Source: an uncultured Clostridia bacterium | GTDB taxonomy: Bacteria; Bacillota; Clostridia; TANB77; CAG-508 | DNA length: 64,000 bases | Assembly: GCA_944391955.1 (NCBI GenBank) | Contig: CALXVG010000004.1 | Location: 9,625-73,624, forward strand | Direction: 5' to 3' | In this document: positions 43,128-52,612 of the stretch, one piece after another | Layout of the letters: each line of letters begins with the position of its first letter | Numbering within the stretch: position 1 is the stretch's first letter | Program-made: the position numbers and the translations under genes | The notes under the pieces: model-generated | What the model saw: the letters and a program-made list of their open reading frames with translations, nothing else | Databases searched by the model: none | Told to the model about the DNA's origin: nothing

Positions 43128-43628
43128 TTATTCAAAAAACACCAGCGTATTTTTTTCTATTTTCATTAGATTTTCTACAGAAAGTAGCTCTATATCCATT
43201 TTTATTCTTTCTATAATGTCTAATTTTATCTCGTTTATTGTTGTATAGCCGTTAAAATAAATGATTCCTATTTTTGGTACTTTATATTTGTTTTTTATTT
43301 TCTTTATTGTTTCTAACCATTTAGTTGCATCTGAATTGTAACCTTGTCTTAGCTCCAGAGCTGATTTCATCATCATATCTCTTGTTTCTTTTTCAGGTAT
43401 TTCTAAAATTGGAGTTAAATCTTTTGTATAAAACTCATATGCTCCTATCCCTGAACTTGAATCTATTCCATGAGATGTTGCTTGAAAGAAACTCTCGTCA
43501 CGTTCTAACTGTCTGTTTACATATTCATTTCGTGCTTTTAACAAGGCTAATCCAGTATCTTTTCTTATTCTATTTAATTTTATCCTATTTATATTTTTAG
43601 ATAATACAACTCCTATCATCATTGTCAT
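43128..43628 (-). CDS. Hypothetical protein (island cargo)
   Basis: 166-aa ORF; TAA stop abuts a 27-bp site. Confidence 0.65.
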   Translation of the reverse strand: MTMMIGVVLSKNINRIKLNRIRKDTGLALLKARNEYVNRQLERDESFFQATSHGIDSSSGIGAYEFYTKDLTPILEIPEKETRDMMMKSALELRQGYNSDATKWLETIKKIKNKYKVPKIGIIYFNGYTTINEIKLDIIERIKMDIELLSVENLMKIEKNTLVFFE

Positions 43629-43675
43629 ATTTATTACCCCGATAAATAAAATTTACATTAACTTAAAAGTGTATA

Positions 43676-44059
43676 TTAATAAGCTTTATCCTTATTAGCC
43701 TTATTTATGAAATCTTTCTCTTCAACATCAATTTTTTCACAATATATTTTTACAGTATCCATTGATGCTTTTATAAGTGCTATTCCTACTGATTGGAAAG
43801 GCTTGTTTAAAGCTATAACTTTTTCGTTTTCTGGTAATACGTACCAATCTATTATATCTATACCTCCCCTGTGTTCTTCTCCTGTTATTTCACATAATAG
43901 AACATTTGTAAATTTAAAATAAATCTCTTTTTTTATGTACCCATTAGTAGCTCTTATTGTAATATTTTTTTCAAGATCGTTATAATTAAATTCCTTTATA
44001 TTAAAGTCATGTAAATATAAATCTTCGAATTCTGTTTTATTCTTATATGTTATAGTCAT
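43676..44059 (-). CDS. Hypothetical protein, putative immunity protein
   Basis: 127-aa ORF, GGAGG RBS; paralog of fragment 45018-45230. Confidence 0.65.
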   Translation of the reverse strand: MTITYKNKTEFEDLYLHDFNIKEFNYNDLEKNITIRATNGYIKKEIYFKFTNVLLCEITGEEHRGGIDIIDWYVLPENEKVIALNKPFQSVGIALIKASMDTVKIYCEKIDVEEKDFINKANKDKAY

Positions 44060-44090
44060 TTTTTATACCTCCTAAAAAAATATTTGCTTA

Positions 44091-44164
44091 AATAGACATG
44101 TGACAAAGATTATTGGTTTGTAGCACAGAAATTGTAGACTCTCTGGCATTCTCATGTGTCTATT
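44091..44164. repeat. Degenerate inverted pair of TAGAC/GTCTA sites
   Basis: aatagacatgtga ... tagactctctggcattctcatgtgtctatt. Confidence 0.5.
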
Positions 44165-44177
44165 CCATCCTTCTAAG

Positions 44178-44978
44178 TTAAAATAAATTTATCGCTTTTT
44201 CTATTAGACTATATTCTTTTCTAAATACCTTGCCTAATGTTAATAATCTAATATCTGATATTTTATCTTGTATTTCGTTTGGAAGAAGCATTTTTGTTTT
44301 ATGTAAATACGTCTTAAAAATTTCTCCATATGTTTCTTCTTCATTACCCTTTGGTAGCAGATGTTTCACTTTATTAAGTGTGTTTTTATATTCTTTAGAA
44401 AAGATATCTTCTGTTTTTAAATTTTTATCATCATCAATAACTTCTAGTTTAAGTGGAAAATGATTTTTCTCTACATTATCATACCATTCTTTTTGCCATA
44501 CTTTTCTTTCTTCCAATGTTTTTTTATATTTTCTCATATATTTTTTAATAATTTTCTTTTCTTTTTTCTCTAATATATTATATAGTTTTTTGTTATTAGC
44601 AAGTTCAAGCAGGGTAATTAACCATGTATCACATTTTGTTTCGTGTTTTTCTTTTATTGCTTTTTTTATACTATAGATATAACTGCTATGTATTAATTCT
44701 GCGGGCATAGTTTTTATTCTATTATAGATTATTTCAAATCCAGGCCAATTTTCATCTTGTAGCCATTCAAATAGGAATAGGTCATACTCACTCAAAATTT
44801 CGTCTGATTTCTGTACTATAATTCTTGCACAATTTTCCCAACTGCTTTTTTCACCAATTGGTTGCATAAGGAAATGTAGATTTTTTATTTTTTTCCCTTC
44901 TTCAATTCCAATTTTTTGTATTTTTTCATCATTATTAGAACTTAGCATTTCAAATAATTCATTAATTCCTATTTCCAC
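44178..44978 (-). CDS. DUF5071-like hypothetical protein, putative immunity protein
   Basis: SSWENCA and LFEWLQDENWPG motifs. Confidence 0.6.
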   Translation of the reverse strand: MEIGINELFEMLSSNNDEKIQKIGIEEGKKIKNLHFLMQPIGEKSSWENCARIIVQKSDEILSEYDLFLFEWLQDENWPGFEIIYNRIKTMPAELIHSSYIYSIKKAIKEKHETKCDTWLITLLELANNKKLYNILEKKEKKIIKKYMRKYKKTLEERKVWQKEWYDNVEKNHFPLKLEVIDDDKNLKTEDIFSKEYKNTLNKVKHLLPKGNEEETYGEIFKTYLHKTKMLLPNEIQDKISDIRLLTLGKVFRKEYSLIEKAINLF

Positions 44979-45017
44979 TCTATTTCACCCCATCCTATTT
45001 GGTTGATACTAGTTTTG

Positions 45018-45230
45018 TTATGAAATTTCCTTTTCTTCAACATTAATTTTTTCACAATATATTTTTATGCTAGTTATTGATGCTTTTACAAACATAACTC
45101 CGATTGGTCTTACTTTTGCACTATATAATATAATTTTGGGTTCATCTGATAATTCATACCAATCTATAATATATGCTGGTTCACCTTTTAAACCCTCCAT
45201 TCCATCTATCTTACAATGCTTACAATGCTT
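45018..45230 (-). pseudogene. 5'-truncated paralog of 43676-44059
   Basis: IIDWYE...KASITSIKIYCEKINVEEK vs IIDWYV...KASMDTVKIYCEKIDVEEK. Confidence 0.75.
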
Positions 45231-45231
45231 A

Positions 45232-45537
45232 TGGGGACACCTTCCTAAAACAGCTTTTTATTTTGCTCTTGAAATCTCCATTGTTTCTCTTAGAAATTCC
45301 AAAGAATTTTGTTTTCTACATACTTTATCATAAACTCACTATTCAAATAAAATATTTTTTATCATATACTAATTCTTCTCTATTTCTAAATAAGTCTCCT
45401 AAACTTTTTTCTTCTTTCTTATACATTTGTCCATATATTAGTATAGATAACTTAAATTTATACTAATCTTCCCAACTACTTTTTTTAATTATGCTTCTTT
45501 TTTCAAACAAATCAACCTGTTTTGGAAGGTGTCCCCA
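45232..45537. mobile_element. 306-bp element bounded by ~21-bp terminal inverted repeats (MITE/REP-type)
   Basis: tggggacaccttcctaaaacag ... ctgttttggaaggtgtcccca. Confidence 0.7.
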
Positions 45538-45593
45538 AAGTAAAATCTTCCTATGTTTGTTCTACGTTTGTCTTTTTTACTTAAGTCAAATTT

Positions 45594-46538
45594 TTAATTT
45601 CTCTGTTCTTTCTTGTATATTGGAGATTGTCTCATATTATGTAATAAATAGCTGTCTATAAGTTCCGTTTCTAAGTCTTGCCATCTAATTGTGTTTAAAT
45701 TCATTTTTGTAATAGGTATAAATTCAATTTTAGGTGGCTTAATGTTTGTGTAGTTGCCTAGATATATCAATTCCTCTTTAAATTTATTTGCTGCACTTTT
45801 TGATGTAACTATTATAGTTAATTGATATTCTGGTAATAAACCATATTCATCTGTTTCAAATGACATTCCTTTAATTTGTTCTTCTAATGGTATTATTGCT
45901 GAACTTCCTGCAAATCTGTCTCGAAAAAAACAAGTAGATGTCTGAATATACTTCAATTTATTGATTTCTTCTTCTGTTTTTGGAATTATATCATTTTCTG
46001 TAATTTTTACCCTTACAATAGGAATTGTATGTTCTGGCCACCATATTGTCTCATCTACTTTTTGTATTATTAAATATTTGTCTTTTAATTGGTTTTGTTC
46101 TGCATACTCACTTTTTAATTTGTATGCAAATACATCGCCTATTTTCCATTCGCATTTATATATTCTATACTTTGATATCTTCTTTTCAGGTGGCTGTGGG
46201 CTAAGTAGTTTTTCTTTTAGCTCTTCTAATACTTTTTTCCTTCTTTCATATAAGCTTATGTCTTCTTTCCATCGTTCTAAGTCTGTACCTTCCTCTATGC
46301 ACTTTAACGCTTCTTTTTTTACATCTTCTTCTAATCGTCCTAATCTCCATTGGGTCTCAGCTAATGCGAACCAAAATAAAGATGCTTCTTCTATATCCTC
46401 TAGCATGTCTTGATTTTCTTCAATTGTTTCTTCTGTAGCCTCTTTGTTTGTTTTTCCTCTATGCAATTTGTCCTTATATGTATCTTTTACATCTAATGTT
46501 GTATCATCTTGATACAAATTTACTCCCCATGTTCCCAT
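45594..46538 (-). CDS. Putative immunity protein for the upstream GIY-YIG-like toxin
   Basis: MGTWG...DD start, FWFALAETQW; directly downstream of a toxin tip. Confidence 0.7.
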   Translation of the reverse strand: MGTWGVNLYQDDTTLDVKDTYKDKLHRGKTNKEATEETIEENQDMLEDIEEASLFWFALAETQWRLGRLEEDVKKEALKCIEEGTDLERWKEDISLYERRKKVLEELKEKLLSPQPPEKKISKYRIYKCEWKIGDVFAYKLKSEYAEQNQLKDKYLIIQKVDETIWWPEHTIPIVRVKITENDIIPKTEEEINKLKYIQTSTCFFRDRFAGSSAIIPLEEQIKGMSFETDEYGLLPEYQLTIIVTSKSAANKFKEELIYLGNYTNIKPPKIEFIPITKMNLNTIRWQDLETELIDSYLLHNMRQSPIYKKEQRN

Positions 46539-46602
46539 TTCTTTTACTTCCTTTCTTTGTTAGGGAGTTTTGTTTTCTCCCCAACATTTATAATAAATCA
46601 AT

Positions 46603-47385
46603 TTATGGTCCTACATATGTTTCACTATCAAAGAAATATATTTGTGCAGCATTCATATAAATATTATACTTGCGATTGTTCCTTGCTATTCCATTTATTT
46701 GATTATTCATTTGGTTGTTTCTATTTAGTGTAGAATAGTACATTATAAGATATTGTTCAAGTCCTCTTGCCTCTGGTTTAGTTAAATTGTCTTTTTCTAT
46801 ATAAAATTCTAAATTTGCTTTAAAAGGATTATTTCTATGTGCAATTTTTCTTTTTTCAGGATTAGTAGTTCTGCCAACATATTGTACCATACCTGCACTA
46901 TCTTTTAGAGTGTAAACTGTATGTTTGACTTCTTTATATTTAGTTTGCGTTTTTACTGTCGCCTTTTTTCCTGTTATTGTATTTATTGCATTTCCAACAG
47001 AACTCGCTACCCAACTTGCTACTTGTGCAGTTGCTTCTGCAGTTGCTATCCATGTTTCTTCTGGTATTGCTACTATTGCTATTAGACCTACAACTACTTA
47101 CACTAAAGATCCTATTCCAATTGCAAATGTCCCATTTGGATCATAATTGCTTGTAGGATTGTTTAAGCAATAAGCATATATATTATGAGTTAAAATCCCT
47201 CCTATTTGTCCACCATAGCCATCTCCATTCAAAAACCTACCCCACTCTGGGTTATAATACCTACTCTGCAAATAATATAATCCGGTCTCAGTATCATATC
47301 TATAACTATGGTATCTATATGGGTTTATTATTCCTATATTATTTTGATTTGTTATTTCTTGTCCATCTGTATCTGTTATAGACAT
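46603..47385 (-). pseudogene. Orphan RHS core plus GIY-YIG-like nuclease tip, interrupted by an in-frame TAA at 47098-47100
   Basis: NPYRY, ETGLYYLQSRYYNPEWGRF, YCLNNP, DPNG; same frame continues to HTVYTL...YVGRT...R...H...LEQ..I. Confidence 0.8.
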
Positions 47386-47405
47386 AAACCCCGTCCCCGT
47401 GTCTA
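47379..47405 (+). repeat. 27-bp palindromic site; supplies the ATG of the truncated RHS fragment
   Basis: tagacataaaccccgtccccgtgtcta, identical to 42364-42390. Confidence 0.95.
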
Positions 47406-47435
47406 CTTTGTCGATGGCAAAACTCGGTTTTCATA

Positions 47436-48344
47436 TTATTTAATTAATCCTTCATAAATACAGTCTAAAATCCTTTTATATATTCTATTAAAATCAATAT
47501 TCATATCATAAGTTAATTGTAAATATAATTTGTTTTTATCTGCTATTTTTATTTTTTCTTTATTATATATTGTTAATAATTCAATAATAATTTCTTTTAG
47601 TTCTTTTTCATTAATAATATCCTGATATTCTTCCAAAATTTGTACGCTTTCAATAATATTCTTTTCAAGATTTTTAAATAGTTGTATATATATTTTTTCT
47701 TGTTCTTTTAGTGAATAATTATAATAATTCATTCCCATTAATGTATCAATATTTCTATATCTATATGAACTAAAATGTTCATATATTTGTACAAAACTAA
47801 ATAGTAACTGTTCCCAAGTGGTAAGTTTTTTTTTGCCACAATTAATTTCTTTATCTAAAACTGCATTAGCAATTCCCTCTTTATCATCATATATTTCTTC
47901 ATATAAATTAATTGTACAACTTTCATATAATTTATTAAAATATTCTTTTTCTTCTACTTTCACATATATATCATCACATAATATAGAAATATCATACTTA
48001 CTAAGGGAAATATCAATTTTTAAGTGATTAAATGTTTTATGAATTTTATAAAATAACCAATATTCATTTTGTATCTCTTCATTATTCATTGTATTATTTT
48101 TTTTCTTGGTATTATTGTATTTTACACTAGCATTAATAAATACTATTCTTGCTTGTCCCCACACTTTTTTGTCTAAATCCATTATAAAATTGTTTTTTTC
48201 AAAATACATTTTAACAATATGTGTATCATGTCTGTTATTCAATATTTTTTCTGCATTTTCTAATAGTTCTCTTTCTTCGATTTTGTGATTTTTTTCTTCT
48301 TCAACGGATTTATTGTTTATAAAACATTCTTTATAATATTCCAT
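47436..48344 (-). CDS. Hypothetical protein, putative cognate immunity protein
   Basis: 302-aa ORF 16 bp after the RHS-CT stop. Confidence 0.65.
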   Translation of the reverse strand: MEYYKECFINNKSVEEEKNHKIEERELLENAEKILNNRHDTHIVKMYFEKNNFIMDLDKKVWGQARIVFINASVKYNNTKKKNNTMNNEEIQNEYWLFYKIHKTFNHLKIDISLSKYDISILCDDIYVKVEEKEYFNKLYESCTINLYEEIYDDKEGIANAVLDKEINCGKKKLTTWEQLLFSFVQIYEHFSSYRYRNIDTLMGMNYYNYSLKEQEKIYIQLFKNLEKNIIESVQILEEYQDIINEKELKEIIIELLTIYNKEKIKIADKNKLYLQLTYDMNIDFNRIYKRILDCIYEGLIK

Positions 48345-48359
48345 ACTAAATTTATCCCC

Positions 48360-49546
48360 CTATCTTTTCTCAAGGTATGGTTCTAAATAAACATGCCCAT
48401 AAAACCAAATATGTGGTTTTCCGTGTTTATCATTTATATGATAATGATAATAATATCCTAACCTAGGATTACCGTTTTTATCTCTATCGATTTCAATGAA
48501 TCTTTGAGGAAAAAACTTAACTATTTCATATGCTGCGGACTGATTAGCACATATGATGTTGTTTCCTTCTAAAACTTGATTTAAAGCCTCATATTTTGTT
48601 AACGGAGTCCCTGGTGTAGCTCTCTTACTAGCTTTCCAATACTCAATTTCTATTGGTTTTGTATTTGGTATTGCTACTTCTTTCGTTTTTTCTTTAGACT
48701 TATCATTATCCTTAATATTATCAATGATAGTTCCACCAATTGCAATTCCTCCTGCCAATCCTACTGCAGCTAATATAAAATCTTTAATGCCTCCTACAAT
48801 GAAAGGTATTGCAAAAGCTATATCTCCATCTGGATCATAGTTGTTTATTGGATTATTCAAGCAATATGCATATATATTGTGAGTTAAAATTCCTCCTATT
48901 TGTCCACCATAGTTATCACCATTTAAAAACCTACCCCACTCTGGGTTATAATACCTACTCTGCAAATAATATAATCCGGTCTCTGTATCATATCTATAAC
49001 TACGATATCTATATGGGTTTATTATTCCTATGTGTGTTGTGTCTGTTATTTCGTTTCCGTCTGCGTCTTTTATGCTGATTGGGTTGCCCCAGCTGTCATA
49101 TGTATATTGTACTATTTGCTGTAAGTTATTGTCAAGTATTCCTATTATATCTCCTTGTAGGTTTTTGATATAGTAGTATTCTGTGTTGTTGTATTTTAGT
49201 CCTATTATGTTTCCATTTTCATCGTAGCTGTAATATATTACGTCATTGCTTCCGTCTTTTTTCTCGTATATTACATTTGTTCCTTCTAAGTGATATTGTG
49301 TTGTTACTCCATTTACTGTTTTTGCTCTTCTAATTCGCCTACTACTACTGGCGCTTCTGCTTCTTTTGCTTCTTCTGTTTCTTTAATGTGTTTTTCTAAG
49401 CTTTCGATTGTTTTGTCGTTTTTTGTCATATCGTTAACCGCTATAACAATGTTGGGCATAAATTGAAAGACCATCACAAACAATAGCATTGTTGCAATGG
49501 TCTTTTTCAAGATTTTGTTTTTTGTATGTTTACTACTATACATCAA
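48360..49546 (-). pseudogene. WapA-like RHS protein with a large internal deletion: signal-peptide piece (49313-49546) out of frame with the last RHS repeats, core and toxin tip (48360-49325)
   Basis: KTVNGVTTQY...KNLQGDI...YTYDSWG...YRSYRYDTETG...DPDG, then His-rich tip (HYHINDKHGKPHIWFYG). Confidence 0.8.
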
Positions 49547-49626
49547 ACTCCCCCTTCCTTTTTGCCATAATTATATAACAGAAATATATTTAAGGTAAAT
49601 TGATAGTTAATATTTCTAAAACTCTA

Positions 49627-49653
49627 TAGCCATAAATTCTGTCTCCATGTCCA
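49627..49653 (+). repeat. Degenerate 27-bp site near the island's right end
   Basis: tagccataaattctgtctccatgtcca. Confidence 0.6.
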
Positions 49654-49682
49654 AATCACCTTTTTTATGTGTCTCTAAAAAC

Positions 49683-49830
49683 TATGATTGACAACTTTCT
49701 TGCTGATATAATTTTAATAATAAAACTCCCAGTTTTTATAACTGAGAGTTCTATATTTTTTAAATATTGTTTTTTATATAATCAACTAGGTTTTTTACTT
49801 CTAAGATTTTATCTGCTTGGTCATCTGATA
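49683..49830. repeat. Right copy of 148-bp direct repeat
   Basis: Matches 42137-42284; includes acpP stop and terminator hairpin (about 49721-49753). Confidence 0.95.
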
Positions 49831-49999
49831 TTTCTACATTAAATCTTTCTTCTATTGACATTACTAATTCAACAACGTCTAATGAGTCTGCACCTAAATC
49901 ATCTGTGAATGCTGCCTCCATTGTTACTTTTTCTTCGTCAACTCCTAGTTGTTCTACTATTAGCTCTTTTAGAGCTTGGAAAATTTCTTCTTCATTCAT
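49760..49999 (-). CDS. acpP: Acyl carrier protein
   Basis: [12 protein letters not shown]. Confidence 0.96.
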   Translation of the reverse strand: MNEEEIFQALKELIVEQLGVDEEKVTMEAAFTDDLGADSLDVVELVMSIEERFNVEISDDQADKILEVKNLVDYIKNNI

Positions 50000-50031
50000 T
50001 TTATCTTCATCCTTTCTTATTTATATTTATT

Positions 50032-51885
50032 TTAAACTCCAACATTCTTTTTAAGCTCTTCTGCTCTTTTTATTTTCATTGTTGTTGTTTTCGCAAATTC
50101 ACCATTTTTTATTTCTAATTCTTTAATAACTTTATATGAAACTAATTTTTTATTTACTTCTTTTATTTTGTCCCATATAATTTTATGTATTTCTTTGTCT
50201 CCTAAGTCTTTACCATAATGCTCTTCAATATATTCTTTATTTGGAATTACTCTGGCTGTTATTTTTAATTCATTACCTTTATCTTCTTTTCCATAAATCA
50301 TACATTCTTTTATTTCTCGTACTTTTCCTAGCATTAATTCAATTTCTTCTGGATATATGTTTTTTCCATTTTGAGTTACAATAACATTTTTGCTTCTTCC
50401 TGTGATATAAATAAATCCATTTTCATCTATATAACCTAAGTCTCCTGAATGGAACCATCCATCTTTTATTACTTCGTCTGTTGCCTCTTGATTTTCATAA
50501 TATCCAAGCATTAGTGATGTACTTTTTATTAGAATTTCTCCTTCTCCATCTTCATTTGGATTGTCAATTTTAATTTCTGTACATATAACTGGTTTTCCAA
50601 CAGAACCAATTGTTGGATTAAAATCAGGTGTTAATGTTGCTATTGGTGCAGTTTCTGTTAACCCATAGCCTTGTAAGAATTTTATTCCTATATCTGATAA
50701 CCATTTTCCTACTTTTGGATCTATTGGCGCTGCTGCTGATACTATAATTCTCATGTTTCCGCCTAAATTATCATGTATCTCTTTAAATACTTTTCTTTTT
50801 ATATCAATATTTACAGCACTTAATGCATTTGTCATATGTATCATTGAATTTACTAGTGTTTCTTTTTTGTTTTTTCTAATTGTTTCATTAATTTTTTTGT
50901 AAATACTTTCAATTAATAAAGGAACACCTAAAACTATTGTTGGATGTGTTTCTTTTAAATTTTGTACTATATGCTTTAATCCCTCACATATTGCTATGCT
51001 TGCTCCGCTTGCTACTGGAACTAAGAATCCTATTGTTGATTCATAACAATGATGTAATGGTAATACTGAGAAAAATCTATCTGTTGGATATATTTTTACA
51101 TATGCTGATACTGCATTAATATTTTCTGCTAAATTTTTACTAGATAGCATAATTCCTTTTGATTCTGCTGTTGTTCCTGAAGTAAAGATTAGTACTTTAA
51201 AATCTTCTGGTTCTATTTTTATATTTATGTATTTTTTATCGCCTTTTTTTACTAATTTTTCTCCATCTGCAATTATTTTTTCTATTCCTATTGTTTTATC
51301 TGTTTTGTTGAATTCTGCTTCTGAATTCATTTCAACAAAATATTGCACAGTTGTTAATGCTGATTTTGTTTTTTCTATTAATTCTTTTTTCTTTTTGTTG
51401 TAGATTATTACATCTGCTCTTGACCTATTTATAACATTAATAAATTCATTCTCTGGTAATTCTTTATCTACTGGGACTGCAATTCCATCAGAGCAAAGCA
51501 TTGTCATATATGATACATACCAATAATATGTAGTATGACCTACAATAACTACTCTTTTTCCTTTTAGTCCTGATAATAAATTTGTTAAACCTGTTCCTAA
51601 GTTCGTTACGTCTTTTTTAAAATCTCCATATGTTTTTGTTTCATATTTTTTCTTTGGATCTGTTTTTTCTAATACGAACTCTTTTTTTGCATATTTTTCA
51701 GTGTTTTGTAAAAATACTTCTTTTATTGTTCTATATTTTGTAGGTTCATAAACAACTGGAACCTTTTCATTTTTCATTTTCTTTTCTAGTTTTGAATAGT
51801 CGACATTTAATTCTTCAATTTCTTCTATGTCTTTCATTTTTATATCTGAAAATTTAAGTTTTGGTATTTTTTTAAGAATATCCAC
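50032..51885 (-). CDS. Long-chain acyl-CoA synthetase (AMP-binding)
   Basis: FTSGTT, QGYGLTE, WFHSGDLG, GRSKN, NIYPEEIE. Confidence 0.92.
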   Translation of the reverse strand: MDILKKIPKLKFSDIKMKDIEEIEELNVDYSKLEKKMKNEKVPVVYEPTKYRTIKEVFLQNTEKYAKKEFVLEKTDPKKKYETKTYGDFKKDVTNLGTGLTNLLSGLKGKRVVIVGHTTYYWYVSYMTMLCSDGIAVPVDKELPENEFINVINRSRADVIIYNKKKKELIEKTKSALTTVQYFVEMNSEAEFNKTDKTIGIEKIIADGEKLVKKGDKKYINIKIEPEDFKVLIFTSGTTAESKGIMLSSKNLAENINAVSAYVKIYPTDRFFSVLPLHHCYESTIGFLVPVASGASIAICEGLKHIVQNLKETHPTIVLGVPLLIESIYKKINETIRKNKKETLVNSMIHMTNALSAVNIDIKRKVFKEIHDNLGGNMRIIVSAAAPIDPKVGKWLSDIGIKFLQGYGLTETAPIATLTPDFNPTIGSVGKPVICTEIKIDNPNEDGEGEILIKSTSLMLGYYENQEATDEVIKDGWFHSGDLGYIDENGFIYITGRSKNVIVTQNGKNIYPEEIELMLGKVREIKECMIYGKEDKGNELKITARVIPNKEYIEEHYGKDLGDKEIHKIIWDKIKEVNKKLVSYKVIKELEIKNGEFAKTTTMKIKRAEELKKNVGV

Positions 51886-51943
51886 TTTTTTTCCTCCTCG
51901 TAATTTGCATATATATTTATAACATAAAAGTTTTTAAATGTCA

Positions 51944-52525
51944 TTAGACTGACTGGTCAGTTTTCATTAGTCCTCGAATCACTGTATCTATAAAGCCTTT
52001 ATAGACTTCTTCTACATCCACTTCTCTATCTCTTTTTAATCTATAAATCAAACTAGAACATGTAACTCCAAAAATTCCTGAAGCTAATGCTTCTACATTT
52101 CCATCATAGAATTCACCATTTTCGATTCCTTCTTTAATTATTTTTTCTAGAGTTTTTATGTACTCAAACATAGCTTTTCTACATTTTATATTTTTATTTT
52201 CTGAACCCCAAAGTTCGCTAAATACAACATTTAAAAAGTTCTCATATTTTACTGTTACTTTTATTTGTACTAAGATGACCGCTTTTATTTTATCTTGTGC
52301 AGTTTTACATTCTTTTGTTTTTAGTTCTATATTATTTTTTAATAATTTAAGTCCTTCTTCTATTAATAAATCAAAAATATCTTCCTTTTTAGTAAAGTGA
52401 TAGTATAATGTTCCTTTTGCTACACCTGCTATGGCTGTTATTTCTTCTATATTTGTATTATCATAACCTTTTTCTGAAAATAATTTTATGGCAGTGTTAA
52501 AAATCCTTCTTTTTGTTTGATTCAT
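51944..52525 (-). CDS. TetR/AcrR family transcriptional regulator
   Basis: LFSEKGY...AGVAKGTLYYHF helix-turn-helix. Confidence 0.93.
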   Translation of the reverse strand: MNQTKRRIFNTAIKLFSEKGYDNTNIEEITAIAGVAKGTLYYHFTKKEDIFDLLIEEGLKLLKNNIELKTKECKTAQDKIKAVILVQIKVTVKYENFLNVVFSELWGSENKNIKCRKAMFEYIKTLEKIIKEGIENGEFYDGNVEALASGIFGVTCSSLIYRLKRDREVDVEEVYKGFIDTVIRGLMKTDQSV

Positions 52526-52576
52526 TTTTACCTCCATCATACAAAATTTGCATACAATTATAGCATAAAAAAATTT

Positions 52577-52604
52577 AAAAATCCACTGTAAAAGTGGATT
52601 TTTT
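52577..52604 (-). terminator. Terminator after purA
   Basis: aaaaatccact-gtaaa-agtggattttt. Confidence 0.75.
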
Positions 52605-52612
52605 GACTCCTC

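Larger units (their letters stand above)
42283..49682. mobile_element. Genomic island: RHS toxin-tip/immunity cassette array inserted at acpP
   Basis: Flanked by acpP duplication; RHS cores, gene fragments, repeated 27-bp sites; no integrase seen. Confidence 0.75.

Noticed and set aside
47098-47100. In-frame TAA as possible stop-codon reassignment
   Set aside because: Single case in a decaying island; TAA is the normal stop for most genes in the window.
42283-47405. 27-bp sites as a CRISPR-like array or classical integron attC sites
   Set aside because: Spacing is irregular (about 50 bp to several kb), and there are no RYYYAAC/GTTRRRY boxes or integrase.
49313-49330. Programmed -1 frameshift joining the RHS pieces
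   Set aside because: G-CAA-AAA-C is not a canonical slippery heptamer, and most of the protein is missing; a deletion scar is simpler.
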